A DNA stretch of 64,000 nt from the human T2T-CHM13v2.0 reference genome, Homo sapiens, in the NCBI RefSeq assembly GCF_009914755.1, contig NC_060935.1; one strand, 5' to 3'. The notes beneath the pieces were generated by a model. It did no database searches. It saw nothing but the letters and a program-made list of their open reading frames with translations, and had not been told where the DNA came from. Below, piece after piece: positions 47,032 through 64,000 of this stretch (position 1 is the first letter of the stretch; each line of letters opens with the position of its first letter). A program made the position numbers and the translations under genes.

Positions 47032-48723
47032 GTAAGTAGGCAACACACAAAGAAGTTCAGCCCATGAGAAAGTGAGTTTGGGCGCTTGGGCTGGCCTCCT
47101 TTCTCTCTGTGTGGAGTTCTTTCCAACTTTGCCTCTTCTGTCCCATCTTAGTTTTTCAGAAAGGAGAGATTAAATGTGTCTGGTATATCAGCATGTTAAC
47201 TGCTTGGGCAACATGAGGCTAGCACTCAGGACACTGTTCAGCCTGTCATATGGAAGGAATTGCCTTTCAGAGGAGATTATAATTGTGTATATAGCCACAC
47301 AAATGCACATTCTGCCTGGAGGAAATTGCACAGAAGAGGATGCCTTATGCTGCCACTCAGGTCTCTTTGTGGAAGGCTGCGTAAGAAGTGCTTACATGGC
47401 ATAGTCACCTCTTTTGGACTTAATGAGTCATCTTTTTGTGTGATGGCTACATAAAAAAAAAGGAAAGAAGAAATGTACTCTTCCCCAAGTGAGCTGCTTT
47501 TATTGGCCCTGCTGCTTTGTCTAAGAGTTTTATACACTCCTCATGACATCATTTACAATGCTGGTGCACAGACAGTAAACAAAAAATAATTTAGCCCTTG
47601 GGCACCTAGACGAAACTTAAGTAGTCCAATTTAGAGAAATGATAACAATAAACTTCATAAACAGTGAACACATGAGCTTAAACAGCAAGCATGACTCCAG
47701 TCCTTTTTGGAATGCGATGCATTGAAAGATGGCTATAGAGAAAACTAGAAGCTCCACACGTCAGTTATGTGCAGTTAAGCCTTGAGTCCATGGTCTAGTG
47801 TTAATCTCAAGAGTACATTCTAGTTAGTGGATAAAATACAGGCTACCATGTGAGTAAGTCATTAAGCTCCTTGAGCCACAGCATTTCACCTATAAAAGTG
47901 GGAAAGGTAATATTGCCACCTACCTCACAGGAATGAAAGATGATTGAGAAGATAAACTTGTGGAGTTCCTTATAGGGAAGGTATTTTGTAAATAGAAAAC
48001 ACTGTTATTATTCTCCTTGATCAAATTTCCCCAACAAATGGAGTTGATAAAAGCTACCTCACAGAGGGTTGAGAGGCTGAATTAATTAATATACGTCTAG
48101 TATCTTAAGAGTAAACTATTTAATGAAACCTAAAATTGATTGTCTTTCTTGATAGTCTATGAACTACCAGACCTGCTGTTTAGAAACATGATTGTCTTCT
48201 AAAGTCTCACATATGCAGTCTTTGCCTTCTCTTCAAGGGTTGGCACGATAAAGAATAGTGAATGTACAGGCAAAAGATAGGTTAAATCTTCAGGGAGAAC
48301 AGCCTTGCCTTTTTTCTTTTCAAGGGTATATTTACAAATAGCCTTTGGAGTCTTGCTAATCTTTGTTACCATGCCTGAACATAGGGACTGTTTTGACCTT
48401 TGTTCTTCCAATAAATATTTATTTTTGATATCATATTTCTAAATGAGAAACAAACTTAGAAGGAAAAGAAGTGGTTGAATTTGTCTCACATTATAAATTT
48501 TTTCTTATCTTTCCTAGGATGGTAAGAGAAAATAACTTTTTTTTTTTTTTTTGAGACAGAGTTTCGCTCCATCACCCAGGCTGGAGTGCAATGGCACAAT
48601 CTCAGCTCACTGCAACCTCTGCCTCCTGGGTTCATGCAATCAATTCTCATGCCTCAGCCTCCCGAGTAGCTGGAATTATAGGTGCATGCCACCATGCCTG
48701 GCTAATTTTTGTATTTTTAGTAG

Positions 48724-48855
<132 letters not shown>

Positions 48856-49014
48856 TGAAGGACCAGACATCAGGCTCTCCAACTGGAAAGTTCTCAAACT
48901 TAGCCAAGTGATTAAAAACAGCTTTGGCTGTTCAGAATTTAATCTTTTGTTTTCAATTACAGTTAGTAGTATTTGGGTAACTTCATTTCCCAGATTTCAT
49001 TTGCTGTTAGGTGA

Positions 49015-49245
<231 letters not shown>

Positions 49246-49434
49246 TAGCCAGGATGGTCTCGATCTCCTGACCTTGTGATCCGCCTGCCTCGGCCTCCCA
49301 AAGTGCTGGGATTACAGGCATGAGCCACCGCGCCCGGCCTAAAGACTTTCTTTTAAATTCTAATCCCTTAGGCAGGGATCATGTCTCATATATATATTTT
49401 TTAATACAGAGATAATATTTCAACTTTTAAGTAG

Positions 49435-49730
<296 letters not shown>

Positions 49731-50326
49731 TGATCCACCCGCCTCAGCCTCCCAAAATGCTGGGATTACAGGCATGAGCCACCAGGCCTGGCCTGGAAAC
49801 TGTTTTCAAATAGGTGTTCTTCATATGCCATCTAGAGTAATTCTCATATGCAGGAGGACTGAAGGAGACAGCAGTCTCGTTCAGTCCTCACAGCAGGTAG
49901 ACACCAGCTGATCCCACTTTTCTTTGAGGAAACTGGGATTTAAGTTATATAACTTGTCCAAGGTCACTGAGCTAGTATGTCTGGAGCTGAAGTTTGAATG
50001 AAGTTTATCTGACTCTAAAGCCAGTAGTATTGTTAGCCACTTTCTTTCAGGTTTTGTAATTTCTAAGAGCCTTCTTTCCCATTCAGTTCAATAAAAATTT
50101 AAGTGTCAGAACTTAAATTCAGTAGAAAATTCTACAGAATATATGATATATTCCTTAGACTCTTTTTTTTTTTTTTTTTTTGAGACAAGGTCTCACTCTG
50201 TCATCCAGGCTGAAGTGCAGTGGCATGATCATGGCTCAGTGTAGCCTCGACCTCCTGAGCTCAGGTGATCCTCCCACCTCAGCCTCCCAGGTAGCTGGGA
50301 CTATAGGAGTGTGCTACCATGCCTAG

Positions 50327-50467
<141 letters not shown>

Positions 50468-53048
50468 TAGAAGATAATTTAACATTTTCTTGGTGAGGTA
50501 GTGTCATTATTTTAGACCTAATTTATTATATTGTGCTATAAATGTGTTATAACAGTTACCCATGAAGATGGATGTTATTTTTTTTATGCATGAGAAGAAA
50601 TGGTGGCTCAAATAACTTAAGTAAATTTTCCATTTATATAGATAGCAGTTAGTGAAGCTGTTATTTGATTCTAATTCTTCTAATTTGAAATTAAGTGGTT
50701 TAGGTGCCACTCAGTGTTAAATTCTAATTTATAGCTATTAATTAATAAGAAGACATCTCCCTGCTCCCACACCAGTACTTACCATTCCCTTCTCTCCAGA
50801 CTAATGTTTCCTACTGAGTCAGTAAGCTGTTGAGGTCTACTGAGGTTTGTTTGGCGCTTCAGGTGGTTTGGTGCTCCTAATCTCTCAGGGTATTAGGGTG
50901 AGGGCTGAGCTGGTGTTATAAAAACAAAACAAAACAAAAAACCTCCACCACTTAACTCCCCCTCCCTCCCAGTGCAATGGCTCATACAAGAAGCACTTTC
51001 TTTCTTTCTTACTTAATCCAAATCCAGGATGTGAAAGGCAGGGTCTGCTTTAGGAAGTCATCATTGGATTTCAGCTAGCAGAGCAGTCATTCTGTCTGAA
51101 ACACATGGTTTCCAAAGCTGCCTCAATTGTAGCCATTTTCAGCCAGTAAAAGGGGAAACAGTGAATCCAGGGCAAGGACCTTTTAGGCAAGTGAAGCCGA
51201 AGATGCAAACATCACTTGTGCTCACATTTCATAGGTGAGAACTTAATAAGGTCCCTGCTAACTGCCAACGAGGCAGGGAATTTTAGTCTAATGGACAGTC
51301 GTGTGCAAGAAGAATGGCAGTGTATTTTTGGTGGTACACAAACAAAAATCTGTCATACCTAGTATATGCGGTGGAGACATCTACCCTACTCAAGGCAAGT
51401 TGTATTGTTGGTAGCTGCTTGCCCTTATTCACAGGTGAAGCATAGATGTGCTGGTCAGTATTTGGTTTTTGTCCTCTACCTCTTGAAGTACAAAGTTATT
51501 TTATCCTTGGTCCCTGTCTCTGAGTTCAGTTGCTCCCTTTTTACAATGGTTATTATTTTCTTTCTTAACTTTATGTTGCCTGTCATTTCTCTGTGTCACT
51601 TCCTGTCCTTTGTAAACATTTCCAATAATCAGAATAGTTCCTCTCTATACTCTAGTGAGTCGTTCACCTTAGTGAGAACATGTAATTTTAGAATTTTTAG
51701 TTCTTTATAATTGGTTTGTTGCTGGGCGTTGGAGGTAACTTTGCTGCTAAATAATTTTATTTTTCTATTGAGAGTTAGAGACCCATTGTAGAAACCAAAA
51801 TCTTGTTTCCAGAGAGCTAGTTTTACAATAAAGAAAGATATTTATCTTCCTAGACTGGAGAGTGATTTGTAAGAGATTTAGGAGGAGAGTGAGAAAAAGG
51901 CAGTGCCACAGACACTGGGGACGTGGGGGTGGAGAGTTTCAAGATGGAGGAAGTGTTCAATGATACCAGATGCCTCAGAGAGGTCAAAGAAGATACGGGC
52001 TGCAAGGCAGGTTGTTAGTGGCATTAAGGGAGGTTTTCATGGAGTAGTGTGGCAAGATGCCTGATTTTGCTGGATTGAAGAGTAAATCGGAGGGTGAAGG
52101 CGTTGAGAATAGGCTAGATTCGTTTCAAGAAGTTTGACCAATTAGGGAAAGGAGGAGAGGGGGTGATAGCAAGAGGAGGAAGAGAGAGTTTATTGTTTTT
52201 AGTTTTTAGATGGGAGAAACTTGAGTATGTTTTTAGGCTGAAGGGAAAGGAACCATTGTACAGGGAGAGAGGGAAGATCCAAGGGAAGGAAAGGATGATG
52301 AATACTTGATGGAACATTTTTAGAAGTACGAGGAAATTTAGGATCAAAGGCAGAGGTGCAAGGCTATTTTGAAGTTGGGAGTCAGGACCATATTTATCCA
52401 GAAGGCACTGTTTGTGTGGTGCCTAACCAACAAACTGTTATGGGATCTTTGAAAATATTTGAGACCTAAAAAAAAATTTATCAACCCTAAAGTATGGATA
52501 TATGTTTTATTATATATGTATAAAACAATATAATGTCAACTTTCATTATTACATGTAATATTGACAGACATTTTGCCATATTTGAAAGCAATTCATAAGT
52601 AAGAATTTTCTCAATTAGGAAGAATTCCCAAGTGAGAAATCAGGTCTTAAGGTGATCTTAAAACCGCTTCACATGGCGTAATTAAATTTGAACAACAGAG
52701 GTAGGAAGTAAGGGTGATGAAGGACATGGTTAAACTTAGAAATGGAGCTAGAAATTGGTGTTCTTTACCTGATGACCTCTTCTTTGTCTGAAGTAAGAAT
52801 CAAGATTATCTTCTTAGAGTTAGGGAAGCAGAAGTAAAAGGCTTGAGGAGAGCAAAGAAAGTTTGTATTAGCTACTGGGGGAAAGAAGAAAGATAGCTCG
52901 ACTAGGGCCAAGTACAAGTATTCTGAGCTACATTAAAGCATGTGAAGTAAGGCTGCATAAATCATTTTAAAAAAAGAAGTAACTAAGAATGCTAACAGGA
53001 GCAAAGTTGACTATGGGAATTGGTAAAAGAAAAAATACAAAAGCATTA

Positions 53049-53552
<504 letters not shown>

Positions 53553-54180
53553 CTACAGAATTTTAAAAATCAAATGGGTCTATAAGAGTTATAACAAAAA
53601 AAAGCAGTACCCTACACCATAACCTTCTCACCCCGAAGTCTCACTCCTCAGAGGAGGCCATTTTCTTTCTTTTTTTTTTTTTTGAGTACCAGTAAGTCTT
53701 TATTTATTCATTGTATTTTCCCAGGGAAAGGAGAAGGGAAGGGAAGAGTCAGCATGTGTTAAAAAATGATGAGAAAATGGGAAAGGAAGTACCCAGTACA
53801 GCAAAATCAACCGTCAAATAAACACACCCCAGTGATGGGGTCACCAAAGCCCAAAGGGGCTCAGTCTCCTGCAGTTCAGGAATGAGGGAAAAGGATCAGG
53901 AAAAAAACAGACAGGTACAGGCTTTCCTACCCTCCCTCCCCATAAATTCAAGATTTTACACAAAGCTTTGGTTTCTAGCAGTAAACATGGAGTTACATTC
54001 ATTCATCTCCTATTAAACAATCTTGTGGCCACTTTGACATAAGTTTCTACCACCTGCATAAAAGTTCCTGAGTGACTTGGATATACATTCATATTCCCTT
54101 TCTTGGCCTCCTGACCCCACTTTCTACATGGAAGGCCCCCAATTGCATCTCTTTACTTTAGGATTAGAAATTAAAAGTAA

Positions 54181-54880
<700 letters not shown>

Positions 54881-56734
54881 AATGGTAATGGTCTTGACTT
54901 AGGAGGTTGGGAACAAGGGATGGAGGGTTTTCCTAGCTTCAGGATTTTTGCATACATCATTTAAGAGTTGTGGAGACACTCCAAGCATTAAATGTGTATG
55001 TGTGTGGGTGTGTAAGTTTTCTTTTGGGGGTGAACAGAAAAGAGGGCAGGGTAGAAGACAAGTTTTTAGGACAGAAGATCTGGTCTAATAGGTAATAGGG
55101 GAAGGGGAATACAAAAGAAAGGATGGTTCAAGATCCCCACTTTAAGAAGCGGGCCCCCCAAACTAATGTTTCAGATCTTTTTGCCTGGTGCAGAAACTTC
55201 TGTCAAAGATGCTTTGGCTATTTTTCTCTCAATACAAAAAGAACTTTGTAAACAAAACCCCCAAAGAACACGGAGGAAGACCAATACATTATATTTACAC
55301 AAACTAGGCCACCTAGCAATCAACTTAGTGAAGTCCTACAAAGCCCAGACAAATACAGTAACTTGGGGGGCAGCATTTAGGGGAGACAAGAACCCAGGAT
55401 CAGACACACACCACCCAATGCGTTCTATTGTATTTGTCCCGTTTCAACACAGTGAGGTAGGTTTGCGGTGATCTCACAGCATGTAAACGAAACCCCCTTT
55501 TTCGAGGAGGCCATTTTCAAATTTTTCAGCATTAAAAACAATTTTTTTTTGCTGTGTACTTTAAAATAACATGCTTAAATTGCTCTTCTTGATTTTTCAG
55601 TTTTAGATATTATTTAATGACTTTATATTATAGAAGATGAGGATTTAGGTCTCTTATACTACTCAATTTCCCTTCTTCCTAGTCTTCCAACAAAATTATT
55701 ATAATTTTTGGTTAAATCAATATTCAGTGTTTATTATGACTGTGAAAATTATACATATGTATGCACGTATACATAGTATATATGTATATATATATACACA
55801 CAGTATACAACATATATATGTAAAATATATATAATATAGTATACTATGATTACATTTCTCCTTTTTGAACATTTTTTTTCATTTTCCTGCAATTAATAAT
55901 TGCCTTTCCTTTTGTGCATGGTTTTCGATGAACTTGTGCCCCAGACTTTATAGCCTAAGGTCAGTTCAAACACATCAGGCATCCTCTCAGTTTCAATTTC
56001 TTTTCTTCAAGGTAACTTTTCTGAAGTACTTCTTCATCTAACTGGTCCCCCTGCTTCAGTCTGGCCTGGTTGCTCTCTAAATCCTTCATCTTTATCATGG
56101 GTATTACTTCATTCTTCATCCTTACATGGATATTACTTGTCTTGCTTAAGTAAGTTTTAGTGCATATTTCCTAAAGCCTATGTCTTCCTTTTTCCTTACA
56201 TGTTCCTTCTTTTTATTAGATTGCATCCTCTAGTAGCTTTCTGAGAAAGGGTGCATGCAAAGTAATATTTTAGGGAATCTTCTGTTTATGAAAATGACTT
56301 TATACTACCCTTACCCTTGATTGATAGTTTAGATACATATAAAATTCTGTGTTGGAGATAATTTTCCCTTAGAATTTTTAAAGCATTTCTCCCCTATCTT
56401 TTAGCTTTCTGTATTGCTATTGAGTGATCTAATGCCATTCTGATTTGTGATATTTCATGTAGTTTTACATTGGTGTGGATCTTCTTTCATTGTCTTGAGA
56501 TCCTTTCAGTGTAGAAATTCATGTATATCAGTTCTGAGAAGTTTTCTTGAATTATGTGTTTAATATTGTCTCATCTCTGTTCTATCTCTGGAACTGTTGT
56601 TACTTAGACATTGGACTTATGGATTTATGCTCTAATTTTTCTTGTTTTCTCTTTTCTGTCTTTTTTGATTTTTGTATGTTATATGAATATCCTTAACCTT
56701 TCCAATCCTTTTGTTGAATATCAAAAATATCTAT

Positions 56735-57935
<1,201 letters not shown>

Positions 57936-58671
57936 ATTATGGTAGATTTGATGATTTAAATTTCTACTCCATTTAAAAAAGTTTGTTGAATTCCTAAATA
58001 TAAGATTTAATCTTGCCTTTCTGAGAATATTAATTGTAGAGTTTCTTTTTTGTTGTTGTTTTATTGGTTTTTTTTTTTGCATGTGAATGTCGTCTACATT
58101 TTCTTTTTCTCCTGAGTTCTTTTTTTCTAGTTTTTAAATGTGTTTTTCATATACAGACTTTTCTCAAGTTTTTGAAGCTACTTGTTTAGGAAAGGGTCTT
58201 ACAGATCAATATATAGAGTTTTATGTAATATTCCTGTTTTTAGTAGGGCACCTCTGTCTTCAAACTATTCTTGGTGTTCCCAAGTTCAACATCCTTCTGA
58301 TTCAACTTCTCAATAGAGAATAAACCTTTAATTTTAAACCTGGGTGGAGGAGGAGTAGTAACTTTACTATGTAAGGTTGGGAAGAGGATCTAGAAATATA
58401 ACTGCTTCTTATGTAGACTTTTAACCCAATTTTCCATTTTTACCTTTACTTACTCCCACGGCTTTAGAGGTGCCTGATACCTACTGTTCCTAAGCCTTTC
58501 TGATGTTGTATAAGAGGGTGTGCTTGTTTTTTGTTCTCTTTTCTCAGTATAGCCACTTAAGTTTTAGCTTTTTTTCTGTTCATACAATAAGTTGTGTGTC
58601 TAATTTCCATTTTCCAAAATTTTTAACATTTCTTATCTGCTGCCATCTTAACTTCAACTCTATTTTTATAA

Positions 58672-59035
<364 letters not shown>

Positions 59036-59179
59036 TAATTTTTTGAAAGACACAGAGTCTCAATATATTGCCCAGGCTGATCTTGAACTCCTGGGCTCAA
59101 GTGATTCTCTTGCCTCAGTTTCCTGTGTAGGTGAGATTTTTTAGTATACTATGCATGACGCCACAATGCCTGGCATTTT

Positions 59180-62100
59180 TTAGTGTACTCACAAGGTTAT
59201 GTAACTACCACCATGATATAATTGCAGAACATTTTTATCAACCCATAAAGAAACTTCATACCAATTAGCAGCCACTCCCATTTTACTTTCCCCGCAACCC
59301 CTGGCAACCACTAATCTAATTTTTGTCTCTATGAATTTGCTTATTCTAGATATTGCATACAAATGATAATTATTATACAATATGGGGTTTATTGTGTCTG
59401 GCTTCTTTCACTTAGCATAATGTTTTTAAGATTCATCGATGTTTGCTGGGCGCGGTGGCTAACCCAGCACTTTGGGAGGCCGAGGTGGGTAAATGACCTG
59501 AGGTCAGGAGTTCGAGACCAGCCTGGCCAACATGGTGAAACCCCGTCTCTACTAAAAATACAAAAAATTAGCCAGGCATGGTGGCGGGTGCCTGTAATCT
59601 CAGCAACTCAGGAGTCTGAGGCAGGAGAACTGCTTGAATCCAGTAGGCAGAGGTTGCAGTGAGCCAAGATCGTGCCACTGCACTCCAGCCTGGGCAACAA
59701 GAGCGAAACTCTGTCTCAAAAAAAAGAAAAAAAAAAAGATTCATCAATTGTTGTAGGGTATTTCAGCACTTCATTCCTGTTGTGGCTAAATAATGTTTGA
59801 TTGTATGGGTACATCACATTTTGTTTATTCATTCATCACTTGATGGACCTTTGGATTATTTTCACTACTTGGATTTTATGAAAATACTGCTGTGAACATC
59901 TGTATACAAGTTTTTGTTCGAACACCTTTTTTCATTTCTTTTAAGCATATACCTAGGCGTGGAATTTCTAGGTCATTTGGTAACTCTATGTTTAACTTTT
60001 TAAAGGATTGCCAAACTTTTTCAAAGCAGCTGCTCCATTTTACCCACCAGCAGTATATGAGGGTTCTAATTTCTCCATATCCTTTCCAACACTTGTTGTT
60101 GTTGCCTTTTTTATTATAGCCATCCTAGTGCATGTGAAGTAGTATCTCATTGTGGGTTTGTTTTGCATTTCCCTAATGATTAATGATGTTGAGTGTCTTT
60201 TCATGTGTTTTTGGCCAAGGGTTTGTCTTCTTGGAGAAATGTCTACTCAAATCTTTTGCCTCTTTTTAATTGGGTTGAGGTTAAGATGGCAGTTTAGATC
60301 TGGACTGTTGAATTGTAACAGTCTTTACATATTCTGGATACTAGACCCTTATAGATATATGATTTGCAAATATTTTCTCCCATCTTGTGGGTTGTCTTTT
60401 TACTTTCTTGGTAGTGTCCTTTGGAGTACAGTTTTTAATTTTGATGAAGTCCAATTTATTTTTTCTTTGGATATTTATGCTTTAGGTGTTATATCTAAGA
60501 AATGGTTACCTAAACCAAGTTCACAAAACTTTGTACCTATTTTTTATTCTAAGAGTTTTATAGTATTAGCTTTTACATTTAGGTTTTTGATCCATTTTAA
60601 AATGGCTTGAGGTAGGAGTCAAAAATCATTTTTTTACATATGAGTATCCAGTTGTCCCAGCACCATTTAAAAAAAAGACTGTTCTTTCCCCATTGAGTGT
60701 TTTTGGCACTGTATTAGTCCATTCTCACACTGCTAATAAAGACATACCCAAGACTGGATAATTTATAAAGGAAAAAGGTTTAATTGATTCACAGTTCAGC
60801 ATGGCTGGGGAGGCCTCAGGAAGTTTACAATCATGGCAGAAGAGGAAGCAAACACGTCCTTCACATGATAGGAGCAAGGAGAAGTGCTGAGCAAAAGGGG
60901 GAAAAGTCCCTTATAAAACCATCAGATCTTGTGAGAAGTCTCTCACTATCACAAGAACAGCATGGAGGTAATCACCCCCATGATTCAGTTACCCCACTGG
61001 GTCCCTTCCATGACACGTGGGGATTATGGGAACTACAGTTCAAGATGAGATTTGGGTGGGGACACAGCCAAGCCATATCAGGCACTTACGTCAAAAATCA
61101 ATTTGCTATAAAATATAAGGGTTTATTTATAGACTCTCAATTATATTTCATTGGTTTCTATGTCTGCCTTATGCCAGTACCACACAGTCTTGGTTACTGT
61201 AGCTTTGAATAAGTTTTGAAATTGGGAATGTGAATCCTACAAATTTGTTCTTCTTTTTCGAGATTGTTTTGGTTATTCTGGGTCTTTTGCATTTCCTTAT
61301 GAATTTTAGGATCAGCTTGTCAGTTTCTCTCCAAAAAGCCAGCTGGGATTTTGATAGGGATTGTATTGATATTGTAGGTCAGTTTGTGGAGTGTGCCATT
61401 TAACAATATTAAGTCTAACAACCTACGAACATGGAGTGTCTTTCCTATTATTTAGGCCTTTAATTTCTTTCAACAATGTTCTATAGTTTTCATTGTATAA
61501 GTCTTATACTTCTTTGTTAAATGTGTTCTTAAGTATTTCATTTTTATATTATCATAGTTAGCACTGTTTTCTCTATTTCACCTTTGAATTGTTCATTGCT
61601 CATATATAGAAATATAGTGCCAGCCTGGGCAACATGGCGAAACCCCATCTCTACTAAAAATACAAAAAATTACCTGGGCTTGATGGTGCTCACCTGTAGT
61701 CCCAGCTATTCAGGAAGCTAAGGTGGGAGAATCACCTGAACCTAGGAAGCTGAGGCTGCAGGGAGCCGTGTTCACATTACTGCACTCCAGCCTGGGCAAC
61801 GGGAGTGAGACCCTGTCCAAAAAGGAAAAATGATCTTGTATCTTTCAACATTGCTGAACTAGTATATTAGCTCTAATAGTTTCTTAGATTTCTTAGGATT
61901 TTTTATACCAGATAATGTCATCTCCAAGTAGAGATCATTTTACGTCATCCTTTCCAATCTGGATGCTTTTATTTTTTTTTTCTTGCCTAATTGTGCTGGT
62001 TAGAACCTGCAGTAGAATATTGAGTAGAATTGGCAAAAGTGGACATCTTTGTGTTGTTACTGATAGGAGGAAAGCACATTTTGTCTTTTGCCATCAAGTA

Positions 62101-62270
62101 CAATGTTAACTGGGGGAGTTTTGTAGATATTCTTTATCAGGTTGAGGAAGTTCCCTTTTATTCCTAGTTTGTTTAGTTTTAGTTTTAGCTTTTTTTTTTT
62201 TTTTCATGAAAGGATGTTAGACTTTGTCAAGTAGTTTTTCCACATCTATTGAGATGATCAAGTAGTAGGG
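59180..62270 (-). mobile_element. Old L1M (L1MB-like) 3' portion, interrupted by two Alus and a THE1 LTR
   Basis: Typical antisense L1 ORF2-end/3' UTR sequence (e.g. TTGCATTTCCCTAATGATTAATGATGTTGAG, CCAGTTGTCCCAGCACCATT). Subfamily approximate. Confidence 0.8.
60710..61080 (-). mobile_element. THE1-family solo LTR inserted in L1
   Basis: TGTATTAGTCC...CCATATCA with 5-bp TSD GGCAC (60705-60709 / 61081-61085). Confidence 0.9.
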
Positions 62271-62481
62271 TTTAAGTCTTTTTAAAATCCCTTCAGTGAT
62301 ATTTTAGCAGAGGTTTTGGAGGGAAAAAAAGAAAACACATTTAAGCTGATACATTTAACTGCAAGATACAAAGAGATTTTAAAAAAGATATTAGGGGCCG
62401 GGCGCGAGAAGGCCTGGATGGGCAGACCATATGAGGCCAGGAGTTCGAGACCAGCCTGGCCAACATGGTGAAACCCGTCTA

Positions 62482-62676
<195 letters not shown>

Positions 62677-63109
62677 CTAATGTAGTTTGTTTGAAGTTGG
62701 TCATAGCTAGACCAACTAGCTATGACCAATTACTAGACCATAGCTAGACCATAGTTTAAGAAATTTGGAAATTTAGAAAAGATAACTGCTTGATCATGCT
62801 AAAACACCTAATTCATTATTTTTAAATGTATAATTAAAATAATAAATAACAACCTATTATCCCTCAAAGAAAAAGGAAAAGTATAGGTTTTTATTCGATG
62901 ACTCAGCAGTTTTCTATCTGGTCTCGTTACCTTCAATTCTTTCTCTTTATTTCTATCAGAGCTATCTTTCTAAAACCTAAACTGGATCTGGTTAAAATCT
63001 TTCACTAACTCCCCATGTTAGCATGGCATACAAACCTTGTGATATGGCAGCTTTTTTCCCTCCGTCTAGCACAATTCTTCCATCAAACTGTTTTCTCTAG
63101 CTATGCTGA

Positions 63110-63310
<201 letters not shown>

Positions 63311-63601
63311 TGACTAATATTTTGTATTTTTAGTAGAGACGGGGTTTCACTGTGTTAGCCAGGATGGTCTTGATCTCCTGACCTCGTGATCCGCCCGCCT
63401 CGGCCCCCCAGAGTGCTGGGATTACAGGCGTGAGCCACCGCGCCTGGCCCACAGTGCTTTCTCTTATCTCTGGGCCTTAATACGGACTGTTTTGTTTACT
63501 TAGAACTGTAATTCTCAAACTTTTTGGTTTCAGGATCTCTTTACACTTTTAAAAATAATTGAGGATTTCATTGAGCTTTAGGTAGGATATATCTATCAAA
63601 T

Positions 63602-63980
63602 TGTTACTGAAACTCTAGGGGTTTGGTATAGGTCCCATTGCTTGCCCCTCAGAAAGCTGATCACTGAGACTACGAGTATTGCCAGGGAACAAGGCTTTAA
63701 TCGGGTGCTGAAGCTGAGGACATGGGAGATCAGTCCCAAATTCATCTCCCGGGACTGACTAAAATTGGGGGTTTCTATAGCAGGGAAGAAACGTAACCAT
63801 GTGTGGGAAAACAGGAATTAGGGAGGGCTAAGGAAAAGGAATTGGTTAGTAGGAAGCAGATGGTTGGACAGGTAATCATGACAGGTGAGTGCACAAATTT
63901 TAAGACTGGGGGGGTCGATTTCTATGTTTATTCAAAGAAACCATAAACATCAGTTCTATGGGACAAGTGGACTACTTTCA
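63602..63980. mobile_element. ERV1-class solo LTR (LOR1/MER31-like; family uncertain)
   Basis: TG...CA termini with 4-bp TSD AAAT (63598-63601 / 63981-63984). Confidence 0.65.
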
Positions 63981-64000
63981 AAATACTTTCAAAATGTTAC

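Noticed and set aside
59892-60610. Hydrophobic 75-aa and 152-aa ORFs
   Set aside because: Antisense reading of a decayed L1.

Overview
Human genomic DNA, recognised from the encoded peptides as chr11p11.2. It holds the 5' end of LRP4 on the minus strand (exon 1 CDS 17196-17247, exon 2 at 1661-1807, CpG-island promoter). About 18 kb of repeat-rich spacer follows, including a full-length THE1 element, and then exon 1 of CSTPP1/C11orf49 on the plus strand (CDS 35675-35720, RFX X-box promoter) with ~28 kb of its first intron. Most ORFs in the supplied track are Alu, L1, LTR or GC-rich artefacts. The standout object is a 1.84-kb L1-mobilised retrocopy of an mRNA 3' UTR at 53666-55503 (minus strand, 15-bp target-site duplication, AATAAA plus poly(A)); from memory it matches the LIN28A 3' UTR. 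Both Alus of its inverted pair carry a cluster of A>G changes on the mRNA strand in ADAR-type contexts, which looks like an A-to-I edited mRNA fixed into the germline genome. Other candidates: intronic polyadenylation giving a short secreted LRP4, a five-E-box cluster in LRP4 intron 1, a strong-Kozak overlapping uORF and a poison exon in CSTPP1, a young AluYb8, and templated-insertion scars. Gene and repeat-family names are from recall, not from database searches.
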